Sequence record: DRR723986_8790
Reading direction: 5' to 3' (one strand)
Length of the DNA: 37,250 nucleotides
Part shown: positions 1-10,728 of the stretch, one piece after another
How the letters are laid out: every line of letters starts with the position of its first letter
How positions within the stretch are numbered: position 1 is the first letter of the stretch
Notes under the pieces: generated by a model
What the model was told of the DNA's origin: nothing
Database searches by the model: none
Seen by the model: the letters and a program-made list of their open reading frames with translations, nothing else
Program-made: the position numbers and the translations under genes

Positions 1-319
1 GATTCAGCTATTCATTGGGTGTAGCACGCTGTGCGTCCGTGCGACTCGCACTAGAACAATGCGTCGGCTTCCTATCATCGCGCCGTTGCGGCACTACGCC
101 CGTACCGTGCAGCTCATTGTAATCCATCCGAATTGAGTCACGCAAGATCTGGCGCTCGAGCCGCCTGGCAAGTGATGTCAGCCAGCACAGATACATCGGC
201 TGTAAATCTGAGAGAAAAAAGCACTGACTTGATAACGGGATTCGTGGCCTCATCCACTACGGATTGAATCAAGTCGTCCAAGGTGCCCGTTCAAGACTCT
301 TGTCGAGAAAGACGCTGCA

Positions 320-1693
320 TCAGCGGTCGAGTTGGCTCTTGCTTCGTAGGATATGGTGATAGTGCTGCGCGAATCGGTGGGATTCATCGCGAACATATTG
401 GAGCAACCGAAGTGCAAACGCATGCCGGCTGATTCGAATGGGTTCCGATTCTCCCGGCAGGAACACTTCTTCTTCCTTCTTGGCCAACGATATGACCCTG
501 GGAGGATCAATCTGCTGATCTCGGAAGGCCGCCATTGCAGAACTCAATTGCCCTTTTCCACCATCGATCAGTAGCAGGTCCGGAAAGGATTCTTGTGCGT
601 CGCTGAGCGCGCGAAACCGCCGTGAGACTGCTTCGTAGATGCTGCGAAAATCATCAACACCTTTGACATCACGAATCTTGTAGCGTCGATAACCAGGCTT
701 GAAGGGCAGGCCGTCGATGAATTGTACTAAGCTGGCGACGGTGTCGTTTCCACCCAAGTGTGCAATGTCGACACCTTCGATGACTCGCGGTGGCTCCTTC
801 ATCTTGAGGATCTTTTGCAGGCCGTGCATTCCCTTCTTGGGGTCCACATAAAAGACCTCAGGTTGGACGTGAGTGTCTAGTTCGCCTCGTTCGTCGAGCC
901 GCTCGAGCATTTGAATCTCGTCACGCAGGCGAGCCGCTTTTTCGAAGGCAAGCTCCTTGGATGCTTCCAGCATCTCGCGTTTCATTTGTCCAAGCAGACG
1001 TTTTTTTCCTCCGTCGAGGAATGTTTGCAGTCGCCGGATATCCTGCTTGTACTCTTCCTTGGTGATTCGCTCGTTGCAGGGAGCAGTGCATTGCTTGATT
1101 GATGCGAGGAGGCAAGGGCGAAACCATCGCCAAGCCGGATCGCCTTCGGTGATATCAAGCGAGCATGTTCTGAATTTGAAGATCTTCTGCAACGCTGCTA
1201 TTGCACCACGCAGAGCGCCAGCACTTGCAAAAGGCCCATAAAGCTTCACGCCGGATGTAGGCGGGGTTCGGGTCAATTCGACACGAGGAAAATCCTCTCT
1301 GGTCGTAATCATCAAGTAGGGAAAGCTCTTATCATCCTTGAGCTCTTTGTTATGCTTCGGCTGCACATCTTTGATCAGTCGGCTTTCCGCCAGAAGAGCG
1401 TCAACTTCGCTTTCGCACTCGATAAAATCAATGTCGCATATCTCATTGACCCAGCCTGCAGTGCGTTGTTCGACCTGGGCGGCCTTCAAGAAGTAACTAC
1501 CCGCTCGGGATCGGAGGTTCTTTGCCTTGCCAACGTAGATGACGCGACCAGCGTGATCCTTCATCAGATACACGCCAGGCGACTGGGGAAACTCGCGGAC
1601 CTTCGACGCAGCCTTGCGAAATCCGTACGAATCGGCGTCGATCGGCTCCGAATCGCTGGGATCCTTAGCATCTTGTGGTTCTTCTTCATCCAT
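320..1693 (-). CDS. uvrC: UvrC-like excinuclease (short form, no C-terminal HhH)
   Basis: N-terminal GIY-YIG (PGVYLM..VIYVGKAKNLRSR), Cys cluster C-x16-C-x7-C-x3-C, UVR motif (FEKAARLRDEI), RNase H-like domain (GVDIAH, LIDGGKGQ, RDESHRFA). ATG 1693 chosen after GGTGGTG; ORF extends to 1705. Confidence 0.9.
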   Translation of the reverse strand: MDEEEPQDAKDPSDSEPIDADSYGFRKAASKVREFPQSPGVYLMKDHAGRVIYVGKAKNLRSRAGSYFLKAAQVEQRTAGWVNEICDIDFIECESEVDALLAESRLIKDVQPKHNKELKDDKSFPYLMITTREDFPRVELTRTPPTSGVKLYGPFASAGALRGAIAALQKIFKFRTCSLDITEGDPAWRWFRPCLLASIKQCTAPCNERITKEEYKQDIRRLQTFLDGGKKRLLGQMKREMLEASKELAFEKAARLRDEIQMLERLDERGELDTHVQPEVFYVDPKKGMHGLQKILKMKEPPRVIEGVDIAHLGGNDTVASLVQFIDGLPFKPGYRRYKIRDVKGVDDFRSIYEAVSRRFRALSDAQESFPDLLLIDGGKGQLSSAMAAFRDQQIDPPRVISLAKKEEEVFLPGESEPIRISRHAFALRLLQYVRDESHRFAQHYHHILRSKSQLDR

Positions 1694-1795
1694 GTATATC
1701 ACCACCCAAGATGGAACTTAAGAATCCGTTTCGATCGCCCGCGCGACTGTTCACACGTGCAGAAAGCCACGCACGATCTGTCCGCGCAATGCCCG

Positions 1796-2317
1796 TTAGT
1801 ACTCTAGCAAACTGAAAAGCGAGTGCGGCTCAAGCTTTTTGGCACCATTGAGAAACGTCAAATTGATGCAGAAGGCGATCTCGACGATTTCCACTTCGAA
1901 GTTATCCATCAGTTTCAAACAAGCCTCGACCGTCCCACCTGTAGCCAGTAAGTCATCCAGAATCAACACTCGCGCTCCCTTGGCGAGGGCGTCTTGATGA
2001 ATCTCGATGGTATCGCTGCCGTATTCCAAATCATAGGAATGGGAGAAAGTGGCCGAGGGAAGCTTGCCTGGCTTGCGAACGGGCACAAATGACGCCCCCA
2101 GTCGAAGTGCAAGCGGTGCGCCGAAAATGAACCCACGCGATTCAGCGGCTACGATCGCATCAATCTTCTGGTCTTTGTACCTTTGCTCAAACTGGTCAAT
2201 GGCCGCCGAAAACGCCTCCGCCGACGAAAGCAGCGGAGTGATGTCTTTGAACATGATGCCAGGTTTCGGAAAGTCGGCAACGTCGCGAATGTAATCGTTC
2301 AGGTTCAGAGAGCTCAT
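1796..2317 (-). CDS. apt: adenine phosphoribosyltransferase
   Basis: DFPKPGIMFKDITPLL, ESRGF, RKPGKLP, PRPP motif LDDLLATGGT; ATG 2317 chosen. Confidence 0.96.
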   Translation of the reverse strand: MSSLNLNDYIRDVADFPKPGIMFKDITPLLSSAEAFSAAIDQFEQRYKDQKIDAIVAAESRGFIFGAPLALRLGASFVPVRKPGKLPSATFSHSYDLEYGSDTIEIHQDALAKGARVLILDDLLATGGTVEACLKLMDNFEVEIVEIAFCINLTFLNGAKKLEPHSLFSLLEY

Positions 2318-2609
2318 GTCGGTTCCAAAGGAGGGTCGGCTGATGGACAATGTGCGCACAAGTCATGAAGGTAACTGATGCGCCGAATTAGTTGGTGTGT
2401 TGGTGCCCCAATCTGGACGATCGTTGCGGTTTTGCCAAGACCGCATGTCCGAGCACGCGCGGTGGGGGCGGCTTCGGTTTGACATCTGGGACGCGCGAGC
2501 GCGGGTTGCGATTCACTGCCAGGATGTTAAACACTAGAGAGTGGTTGGTCTTGGCAACTAACCTAGGTTCGGCAACCGTGATACGGCAACTCTGGCAAGG
2601 CATAAACTG

Positions 2610-3398
2610 GTGCAAACACATCTTGAAGTAGCTTGCGAAGCGGCAAGGGCTGGAGGAGCGATCCTACGCGACAAACTGGGACGCGTTGCGGTCCGCGAAA
2701 AGGCGCCCGCAGACCTGGTCACCGACGCTGATTTTGCCTCTCAGGAGGCGATCGAACGGCTGCTTACGGCCCGTTTCCCAGGGCATGCATTCCTGGGGGA
2801 AGAATCGACGCCCAGTGATCGAGAAGCAGCGATTGCCACCGGAAAACCTCTGTGGGTCGTCGATCCGCTGGATGGAACCGCCAACTTTGTACACCGGCTG
2901 CTGAGTTTTTCGGTTTCTATCGCGCTTCTGGAGGATGGAAAGCCAACGGCAGGCGTCGTATTCGATCCCATGCTGGATGTTATGTACGCCGCGGAAGTTG
3001 GTGGTAAGGCAACGAAGAATGGCAAGCCGATAACCAACAGCGGCTGTAGTGATATTTCCAAAGCAATGGTTTGCTGCAGTTTTCGACCCGGCGTGTCACG
3101 CAACGATCCCGAAGTGGAGCGTTTCTTGTGTGTGCTCGAGAAATCGCAGAGCATGCGTCGACTCGGGTCGGCCGCACTTAACCTTTGCTATGTCGCCGAA
3201 GGATGTTTGGATTCCTACTGGGCAACCAGCGTGAAGGCGTGGGACATCGCCGCGGGATACGTCATCGCCAATGCCGCAGGTGCGAAGTTCAACAACGTTG
3301 CCGGCGGAAGCGTTGACCTTTGGGATCCGAAATTTGTGGTATCGGCCACCGACGAACTGCAGTCGCAAATGCTGCAGTGCCTACAGGCCCGAGCGTAG
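2610..3398 (+). CDS. suhB: inositol monophosphatase family protein
   Basis: DLVTDAD, GEE, WVVDPLDGTANF, RRLGSAALNLCYVA, WDIAAG motifs. Confidence 0.93.
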   Translation: MQTHLEVACEAARAGGAILRDKLGRVAVREKAPADLVTDADFASQEAIERLLTARFPGHAFLGEESTPSDREAAIATGKPLWVVDPLDGTANFVHRLLSFSVSIALLEDGKPTAGVVFDPMLDVMYAAEVGGKATKNGKPITNSGCSDISKAMVCCSFRPGVSRNDPEVERFLCVLEKSQSMRRLGSAALNLCYVAEGCLDSYWATSVKAWDIAAGYVIANAAGAKFNNVAGGSVDLWDPKFVVSATDELQSQMLQCLQARA

Positions 3399-3433
3399 CA
3401 AACACGCTGTGCCGCCGCACTAACGGCGGCTGT

Positions 3434-3838
3434 TCAATCAAGTTCAAACGCGTCAGGTAGCAGCTCTTTGATCGTCCACCGCTGAAGCTCACCTGTATCG
3501 GCAGTGAAGGAATAGACAGGGAAGTCCTCGCCCGCCGCGAATTCACTCAACACCTGGCGGCAAGAGCCACAGGGCGACCCGCCATCTCGGGTTGCGACGA
3601 CGACGAATCGAATCGTTCGCTTCGTCGTCATGGAAACCATCTTCGAAATCGAACTTCGCTCCGCGCAACAGCACAGTCCGTAGGATGCGTTTTCGACGTT
3701 GCACCCAGTGAACGTTTCGCCAGCGGTTGTCACAATCGCGCAACCGACCTGGTAGTTGCTGTACGGAGCGTAGGCTCTTTCGCGAACTTGCATGGCAGCT
3801 TCAACAGCCGCTTGCAACTGGGGTTGCTCAATTGTCAC
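3434..3838 (-). CDS. cdd: cytidine deaminase (tetrameric type)
   Basis: AYAPYS, GCNVENASYG, CAE, PCGSCRQ, ELLP.AF. Confidence 0.96.
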   Translation of the reverse strand: MTIEQPQLQAAVEAAMQVRERAYAPYSNYQVGCAIVTTAGETFTGCNVENASYGLCCCAERSSISKMVSMTTKRTIRFVVVATRDGGSPCGSCRQVLSEFAAGEDFPVYSFTADTGELQRWTIKELLPDAFELD

Positions 3839-3882
3839 AACCGATTTCCTCCGGCAATGGATCGGCCAAATGGCCAGCGAGT

Positions 3883-6800
3883 CTACTTCGACGCCCGCAG
3901 CTTTTCGAGCGTAGCCGTCACAGCGTCAAGCTGTTGTTCTAGGTCCGCGAGGGCAGCCTTTTCCTTTTCGACAACTTCAGCCGGAGCCCGAGCGACGAAA
4001 TTCTCATTTGAAAGTTTGCCCTTCTTGCCACCGATCTGCTTGTTCACATTCTCCAGCAGTTTCTCGTTACGTTTGATCTCGGCTTCGACATCAATGAACT
4101 GCCCCAAATCAACGGTAACTTGCATCGAATCGACGTTGATTTCTGCAGGCATTTCGGGCAGTGACAGGTCCGATCCCATTCCAGCACAATCAGCCTTTGC
4201 CAAAGACTTCAGGTAGGGCAGCATCGGTTCAAGCTGTGCGGCCGCTTCCTCTGTGCAACCAACTGTAAAACTAATTCGTTCTTTCGGGGGAATATTGTTC
4301 AGAGAGCGAATCTTGTTGAGGCCGCCAAGTACTGAGACGAACCGCGCAAATTGCGATTCGATCTCAGGATTCTGGTGCTCCTTCACCGCCGATGGCCAGC
4401 TCGATTGCATCAGCCATGGCTCCGTCTTCTGATCGGCTGACGCTGGAGCAAGAACGCGATCCGTCCCGAAAGCGGCCAATTCCTGCCAGATCGCTTCGGT
4501 AATGAAAGGTATGACCGGGTGCAGAAGTCGCAGCAATTGGTCCAAAGTGTGCGCAAGTACTTGCTGTACAACCGGACGCGTCGCGGCATCTTGCATCCGC
4601 GGCTTGGCTATTTCGACGTAGTAGCTACAGAACTCATCCCACGCGAAATCGTAGGCCGTCCGTACTGCGTCGGCATGCCGATACTCGTCAATCGCTTCGT
4701 TAACTTTCTCGATAGTCGTTGACAATCGAGCCAAAATCCAACGATCCTCCAAAGGCAGAGATTCGATTTCAAGCTCGGTGGGCGTGAAGCCTTCCAAGTT
4801 GATCATCACGAAACGAGATGCATTCCAAAGCTTGTTGCAGAAGTTACGCGCCGATTCAAAACGCTCGCTGGTCACCGCACCACGCGGATGCTTCGTATGC
4901 TCAGCCTCTTTGGCCCACTGCGTCGAGAACTCCTTGTTGCAACTCGAACACTGCACAACCGGTTTCTCACGATTCTGCTTCGTCTGGTTCATGCTAGTTT
5001 CGCAATGCGGGCAAACGAACTGGACCGGCATGCGAACATCTTGCGTTTCGGTGGCCAGCCAAGCGAGCCCGAACCGCAGCGCGTCGGCACCAAAGCGATC
5101 AATCACATCAATCGGATCGACGCCATTGCCCTTACTCTTGCTCATCGTTTCGCCATAACCATCGAGAATCTTCGGATGGATATAGACCTCGCGAAACGGA
5201 ACGTCGCCGACATTGTTCAAGCCGGCTAGAACCATGCGAGCAACCCACAGTGTGATGATGTCGCGACTGGTTATCAGAGTGCTTGTGGGATAAAAGTACT
5301 CAAGTTCAGGAGTCTTCTCTGGCCATCCGAGCGTCGAATGAGGCCATAACGCCGAACTGAACCACGTGTCCAGCACATCTTCTTGCCTTGTGTAGCCCCG
5401 CTGCTCGAGCATGTCGGCGGCATTGCCGTTTTCCAGCAAGCAAACATGAACCGTCGAAGGCTCTTGGATTTCGACACTGGCTCCGTCGGATAGCTCCGCC
5501 ACACTGCTCAGTTCAGAACGCTCTTGCTCTGCGTCTGCGGCAGAATCAAATTCACGGCTCCAGATTGGAATCTGATGTCCCCACCACAGTTGCCGTCCCA
5601 CTGGCCAGTCGCGTTTCTCACCGAGCCAATCTAAGTAGCCCTTTGCGTATCGCTCCGGAAAGATCTTAACTTTCCCGCTGGTAACGGCGTCCATGGCATT
5701 CTGTGCAAGCTGATCCATCTTCACGAACCACTGGTCCGCAAGGTAGGGTTCAATGGGTGTCTTACTGCGATCACTGTGAGCGAGATCAATCTCACGATCC
5801 TCAGTCTCAACCAGCAGTCCCTCAGACTCGAGGTCTTCAATGACTCGCACACGCGCCTTTTTCATCGTCAGTCCGGCATAGGAGCCCGCCTGTTCGTTTA
5901 GCGTGCCGTCGGTGTTGAGGATGTTGATCATCGGCAGGTCGCAACGCAGGCCCACTTCGTAATCGTTGGGATCGTGAGCCGGTGTGATCTTAACACAGCC
6001 CGAGCCAAGCTCTGGTTTTGCCCATTGATCTGCGACTAGTGGGATGGTGCGATCCGTCAGCGGCAAACGCAATTGCACGCCTCGCTTGGCCATTTCCGCT
6101 AGCTTGAGCAGCTCGGGCAGGTGCGTTTTTCTCCGCTCGGCCAGCGACTGCAATTGTGCTTCAAGCGCGTCGCGTTCCTTTTCCGCAGCGGATTCGAGCT
6201 TCTCACGCGTTGCCGCTTCAATTTTTTCAAGAGCTCGGGCTGGGTCGGGGTGAACGGCAACTGCCGTGTCGCCCAGCATCGTCTCAGGACGCGTCGTCGC
6301 AATCGTCACGAATTCCGGCTCACCGTCCGCCGGATCAATCACTGGGTACTTGAAATGCCAAAAATGACCTTTGACAACGGCGTGAAAAACTTCGTCATCG
6401 CTGACAGCAGTCTGTAAAAAGGTATCCCAATTGACCAATCGCTTTCCGCGAAAGATCAAACCTTTTGAGAACAGATCGAAGAACGTCGTTCGAACCGCTT
6501 TCGCGCAGACGTCGTCCAGCGTGAATCGTGTTCGTTCCCAATCGCATGAACACCCCATGCTTCGGAGTTGCCCGAGGATGCGTGTTTCGTATTCTTTTTT
6601 CCAATCCCAAATACGTTCCACCAGGGCTTCGCGGCCGAGATCGTGACGAGTCTTGTTCTCGTTTTCCTTCAGGCGACGTTCGACAACCGCCTGCGTGGCG
6701 ATTCCAGCATGGTCGGTCCCTGGCATCCAGAGCGCTTCGAAGCCGCGCATGCGGTGCCAGCGAACTCTAATGTCCTGCAGCGTATTGTTCAGCGCATGCC

Positions 6801-6972
6801 CCAGGTGCAGAGCGCCGGTCACGTTCGGCGGAGGAATGACGACCGTGAAGGGCTCCTTGTCCGGATTCGGTTCTGCATGGAAGCACCCGTCGGCTTCCCA
6901 TCGTGAGTAGATGTCACTGCAAACCTTCTGGAAATCAAATCGATTAGGAATCTTGTCTGCAAGATCGCTCAT
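3883..6972 (-). CDS. valS: valine--tRNA ligase
   Basis: PPPNVTGALHLGH, GTDHAGIATQ, ATTRPET, DTWFSS, TMSKS, C-terminal coiled coil (NENFVARAP). Confidence 0.98.
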   Translation of the reverse strand: MSDLADKIPNRFDFQKVCSDIYSRWEADGCFHAEPNPDKEPFTVVIPPPNVTGALHLGHALNNTLQDIRVRWHRMRGFEALWMPGTDHAGIATQAVVERRLKENENKTRHDLGREALVERIWDWKKEYETRILGQLRSMGCSCDWERTRFTLDDVCAKAVRTTFFDLFSKGLIFRGKRLVNWDTFLQTAVSDDEVFHAVVKGHFWHFKYPVIDPADGEPEFVTIATTRPETMLGDTAVAVHPDPARALEKIEAATREKLESAAEKERDALEAQLQSLAERRKTHLPELLKLAEMAKRGVQLRLPLTDRTIPLVADQWAKPELGSGCVKITPAHDPNDYEVGLRCDLPMINILNTDGTLNEQAGSYAGLTMKKARVRVIEDLESEGLLVETEDREIDLAHSDRSKTPIEPYLADQWFVKMDQLAQNAMDAVTSGKVKIFPERYAKGYLDWLGEKRDWPVGRQLWWGHQIPIWSREFDSAADAEQERSELSSVAELSDGASVEIQEPSTVHVCLLENGNAADMLEQRGYTRQEDVLDTWFSSALWPHSTLGWPEKTPELEYFYPTSTLITSRDIITLWVARMVLAGLNNVGDVPFREVYIHPKILDGYGETMSKSKGNGVDPIDVIDRFGADALRFGLAWLATETQDVRMPVQFVCPHCETSMNQTKQNREKPVVQCSSCNKEFSTQWAKEAEHTKHPRGAVTSERFESARNFCNKLWNASRFVMINLEGFTPTELEIESLPLEDRWILARLSTTIEKVNEAIDEYRHADAVRTAYDFAWDEFCSYYVEIAKPRMQDAATRPVVQQVLAHTLDQLLRLLHPVIPFITEAIWQELAAFGTDRVLAPASADQKTEPWLMQSSWPSAVKEHQNPEIESQFARFVSVLGGLNKIRSLNNIPPKERISFTVGCTEEAAAQLEPMLPYLKSLAKADCAGMGSDLSLPEMPAEINVDSMQVTVDLGQFIDVEAEIKRNEKLLENVNKQIGGKKGKLSNENFVARAPAEVVEKEKAALADLEQQLDAVTATLEKLRASK

Positions 6973-7149
6973 TGCCGAAGGGTCTTCGCTTAGTGTTCAG
7001 AGAATTACAACTTGTTGCCGCTGTGACTACAACGCATTAACTTCGCACGCTGTAGCTTTTCTACTTTTGGTCGTCTTCCTGAATGGGAAGCAGGAGTTAA
7101 GACAATTAGTATCTATTTTGGTTGATGCAAGAGACATGCATCATCTTGC

Positions 7150-8130
7150 TCATTTGGTCGCGCTAGGAGCACGAATGCCACAGGCCTCTTCGACGCGCCG
7201 CAGTACTGCGCCCGCCGTTGCACGAGCTGTCGCCGCGCCTGCAGCCAGCACCTCGCGGACCAGTTCAGGTTTCGATTCGAGTTCCTGCCTTCGCTGTCGA
7301 GCTTCGCCGAAATACTCTGCCGCCGCTTCAGCAATGGCCTTCTTCACATGACCGTAGCCGAAACCGCCCTTCCGATACAGCTCTGCCATTTCATTGACCT
7401 GATCTGCATTGGCGAGCAATCGGTAAAGTTGGAACAGGTGATCCGTTTCCGGCTCCTTCGCGTCTTCCATGGGACGGCTGTCGGTCTGAATCCGCATGAT
7501 CTTTTTCTTCTGCGGTTTCTCTTCTTCGAAGATCCCAATAATGTTGTCGTAGCTCTTCGACATCTTCTCGCCATCCGTCCCCGGCACTTTGGCAGAATCG
7601 TCAAGCAACCGAGCTTCGGGCAAAACGAGCGCTTCACCGAAATGATGGTTGAAGCTGGTAGCCAGATCGCGACAAACTTCAATATGTTGCACCTGATCCT
7701 GCCCGACTGGGACCCATTTCGCATCGTATGCCAGGATGTCCGCAGCCATCAGGACAGGGTAAGTGAACAGTCCTGCATCGGCGGCGATTCCTCTCGCCTT
7801 TTTTTCTTTGTAAGCGTGACAACGCTCCAATAGTCCCATTGGTGTTCCGGTCATCAGCAGCCAGGTTAACTGCGAAACCTCAGGTACATCAGACTGCACA
7901 AAAAGAGTTGCTTTGTTGGGGTCGAGCCCAAGTGCGAGCAGGTCGACAGCCGCATCCCACGTCAATTGTTGAAGCAGTTCTGCATCACGAATGGTGGTCA
8001 AAGCGTGCAGGTTGGCGATAAAGTAGTATCCATCGTGCCCTTCTTGGAGGTCGATATACTGCCGGATAGCACCAAAATAGTTGCCCCAGTGAAACCGTCC
8101 GGTAGGTTGGATTCCTGAAAGTACTCGCAT
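7150..8130 (-). CDS. trpS: tryptophan--tRNA ligase
   Basis: [37 protein letters not shown]. Confidence 0.98.
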   Translation of the reverse strand: MRVLSGIQPTGRFHWGNYFGAIRQYIDLQEGHDGYYFIANLHALTTIRDAELLQQLTWDAAVDLLALGLDPNKATLFVQSDVPEVSQLTWLLMTGTPMGLLERCHAYKEKKARGIAADAGLFTYPVLMAADILAYDAKWVPVGQDQVQHIEVCRDLATSFNHHFGEALVLPEARLLDDSAKVPGTDGEKMSKSYDNIIGIFEEEKPQKKKIMRIQTDSRPMEDAKEPETDHLFQLYRLLANADQVNEMAELYRKGGFGYGHVKKAIAEAAAEYFGEARQRRQELESKPELVREVLAAGAATARATAGAVLRRVEEACGIRAPSATK

Positions 8131-8145
8131 CGAAACGTCGCTTCT

Positions 8146-9069
8146 CTAAGATGTTCGGTTGTGTAGTGTTCCCACGGCCTGGCTAACGGCCTGAACACCG
8201 AGTTGGTCCAAGGCGCCCGGCAGCCCTTCGACGATACGTTGGCTGACCGTCGGGTCGTAGTAGTTTGCTGTACCCACCTGGATGGCACTCGCGCCGGCGG
8301 CTAAGAACTCCATGCAGTCATCCAGCGATGCGACTCCACCAATGCCAACAATCGGAATGTCAACTGATGCAGCGACTTGATAGACGCACCTGAGTGCAAC
8401 CGGTTTGATCGCAGGCCCACTCAGTCCCCCCATCACGTTGCCAAGCAAGGGCTTTCTGGCTCGCCAATCGATGGCCATACCAAGTAGTGTGTTGATACAG
8501 CTTACTGCATCGGCACCACCGTCGGCGGCCGCCTGTGCAATCGTGGCAATGCTAGTCACATTGGGAGTCAACTTGGCTAGGATTGGCAACTCGCACGCCT
8601 CACGCACACCCTCAACAACTTGTCGGCAGGCGGCTGGATCGGTTCCAAAGTCGACACCGCCGGTAACGTTTGGGCAGGAGACGTTTAATTCAAGAGCGTC
8701 GGCTCCACCGGCTGCTTCAATTCGCTGTGCCAGCTCGCGGTACTCTTCGATCGTCCGTCCAGCGATGCTGACAATGATTGCCGAGTCCAAGGTTCGCAAA
8801 TACTGCAAATGGCCTTTTACGAATTCATCGACGCCATCGTTGTCGAGCCCGATCGAATTCAACAAACCGGCCGTCGTTTCGACGGTACGCCACGGGGCGT
8901 TGCCAGGCCGGGGCAATACAGTGATTGTCTTTGGAAGAATGCCGCCAAGGCTCGCGAGGTCGACGAGCCCCTCCATTTCGCGGGCGTAGCCGAAGGTTCC
9001 ACTTGCGACGAGGACGGGGTTCTTAAGCGTCAGCCTACCAAGAACCGTCGTTAGGTCGTGACCATCCAT
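8146..9069 (-). CDS. pyrD: dihydroorotate dehydrogenase, family 1 catalytic subunit
   Basis: NPVLVASGTFG, NSIGLDN, ELNVSCPNV, KLTPNVT, GGLSGPAIKP. Confidence 0.95.
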   Translation of the reverse strand: MDGHDLTTVLGRLTLKNPVLVASGTFGYAREMEGLVDLASLGGILPKTITVLPRPGNAPWRTVETTAGLLNSIGLDNDGVDEFVKGHLQYLRTLDSAIIVSIAGRTIEEYRELAQRIEAAGGADALELNVSCPNVTGGVDFGTDPAACRQVVEGVREACELPILAKLTPNVTSIATIAQAAADGGADAVSCINTLLGMAIDWRARKPLLGNVMGGLSGPAIKPVALRCVYQVAASVDIPIVGIGGVASLDDCMEFLAAGASAIQVGTANYYDPTVSQRIVEGLPGALDQLGVQAVSQAVGTLHNRTS

Positions 9070-9077
9070 TTCGTGCC

Positions 9078-9734
9078 CTAGCTATGGTGTTCTTGAGTTT
9101 GCTGGCGGCCGGCAATCAGTCCGCCGACGGCATCCATAATGGCGCCGGCAACCTGTAGCTTGTCGCCCTTTGCTTTCGCAATCGTTGAGCCGTCAGATGC
9201 TAGAATTTCCACGTCATTGGTCAAGGCGTCGATGGCTGCTGGCCCGTTGGATACCATCAAATCGCAACTCTTCTTCTGCATTTTCACCGTTGCTCGAAAT
9301 CGCCGATCGTCCGTTTCCAGCGCGAAACCGACCACCCATTGATGAGCGAGTTTTTCCGCGGCGCACGTTGCCACGACATCCGGCGTTTCGACGAGTTCTA
9401 ACTTGAGTGGACGTCCGTCCTTGGAAAGCTTCTGATCACTGACGTGAAGCGGCATGTAATCGCAGGGAGCGGCCGCACCGATCAAGCCATCGGAATTAGC
9501 GAAATGCGACTGTGTCTCTTGGAGCATCTCATCGGTAGTCACAACCTGGATGACAGTCGCACCAGCGGGGTAGTCAACCGTGACTGGACCAGAAACGACG
9601 GTGACTTCGTGTCCCGCGTCCAATGCCTTCTGTGCCAATGCCGCACCCATCCGGCCACTGCTCGCGTTCGTCAGATAGCGAACAGGGTCTAGGTATTGCC
9701 GTGTCGGTCCGGAGGTAATGAGGATTTTGGCCAT
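9078..9734 (-). CDS. coaB: phosphopantothenate--cysteine ligase (stand-alone CoaB domain)
   Basis: ILITSGPT..YLDPVRYLTNASSGRMG, AAAPCDY, VGFALET. Confidence 0.9.
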   Translation of the reverse strand: MAKILITSGPTRQYLDPVRYLTNASSGRMGAALAQKALDAGHEVTVVSGPVTVDYPAGATVIQVVTTDEMLQETQSHFANSDGLIGAAAPCDYMPLHVSDQKLSKDGRPLKLELVETPDVVATCAAEKLAHQWVVGFALETDDRRFRATVKMQKKSCDLMVSNGPAAIDALTNDVEILASDGSTIAKAKGDKLQVAGAIMDAVGGLIAGRQQTQEHHS

Positions 9735-9934
9735 CAGCGGCAACGATCAGTAGAAAACTAAGAAAGCCCGAAGATGAGTTTCAACAGCCAAAGGCCGCTC
9801 CGGCTCAATGGATCCAGCATGGCTGGCTAACACGCTTGGGCACTCCAGGTCCGCCGCTTGGCGAAACCAGGGCGTTTTGTGCTAGGCACGAATCTCCTTG
9901 TTAGAGAGCTAGTCCGGCCGCGCAACGCCAACGT

Positions 9935-10474
9935 CTAAGCCAACAATTCCTTTGCAGCAGTATGAATCGCATCTGCTTCACTCATTCGTCCGGCGCCGAT
10001 CTCTCGGCAGGAAAGCCAACCGGACTCAGGGCCAACGAAGTGTACGCCATCGTCCTTCAACGTTTGTACGTTTCGCTGCACTGCGGGGGCATTCCACATA
10101 GTGTTGTTCATCGCCGGGGCGACCAGAACGGGACAATCTGCCGCTAGGTAAGTTGTAGCAAGCAGATCGTCGGCAGTCCCTGCAGCGAAACTCGCGAGAA
10201 CACGGGCAGTCGCCGGTGCAACAATCAGTAAGTCTAGCGAACGAGTTAGTTCAATGTGGGCTCCAAGCGGAAATCGGTCGTCGTAGGTATCCACGACAGG
10301 TGGTCTGCCGCACAAGGCTGAAAACGTTGCCGCTCCAACGAAATGCTCACCGCCGCGCGTCAGGATGACATCGACATGGCATTCTTGTTGCACAAGTCGA
10401 CTAACCAATGCCGCTGACTTGTAAGCGGCAATACCGCCTCCGACACCAACAACCACTCGCCGCGACGCGGTCAT
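9935..10474 (-). CDS. coaC: phosphopantothenoylcysteine decarboxylase (stand-alone CoaC flavoprotein)
   Basis: [28 protein letters not shown]...G.GRM. Confidence 0.92.
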   Translation of the reverse strand: MTASRRVVVGVGGGIAAYKSAALVSRLVQQECHVDVILTRGGEHFVGAATFSALCGRPPVVDTYDDRFPLGAHIELTRSLDLLIVAPATARVLASFAAGTADDLLATTYLAADCPVLVAPAMNNTMWNAPAVQRNVQTLKDDGVHFVGPESGWLSCREIGAGRMSEADAIHTAAKELLA

Positions 10475-10728
10475 AGCTCAAGGCTATCCATATCCAACAA
10501 ATCGCCTTCGTCGTGCTCGACCATGGCCATCTCACCTGCTTCACTGAGATAGATTTTGTCCTGCAGGATTTCCTGCAAGACGACTTCCATCTTGTTCTGC
10601 GGAGGGTTGTCGACGAGTGGACGACTGCCTCGGTTCAGTTGAACCAGGCGTTTTTGGATCAATGTCGAAAGCTTGAAGCGACCGCCAACTTTGTTGACGA
10701 TTTCTTCTTCTTTGAGATCCTCAAGCAT
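10471..10728 (-). CDS. rpoZ: RNA polymerase omega subunit
   Basis: [17 protein letters not shown]; conserved gmk-rpoZ-coaBC order with overlapping ends. Confidence 0.88.
   Translation of the reverse strand: MLEDLKEEEIVNKVGGRFKLSTLIQKRLVQLNRGSRPLVDNPPQNKMEVVLQEILQDKIYLSEAGEMAMVEHDEGDLLDMDSLEL

Noticed and set aside
8-253. 81-aa ORF downstream of uvrC as the missing HhH domain
   Set aside because: No HhH (G.G) motif and no RBS; composition is not convincing.
2551-2600. GGCAAC repeats and AACCTAGGTT palindrome upstream of suhB
   Set aside because: Irregular spacing (18, 14, 9 nt) and too short to exceed chance.
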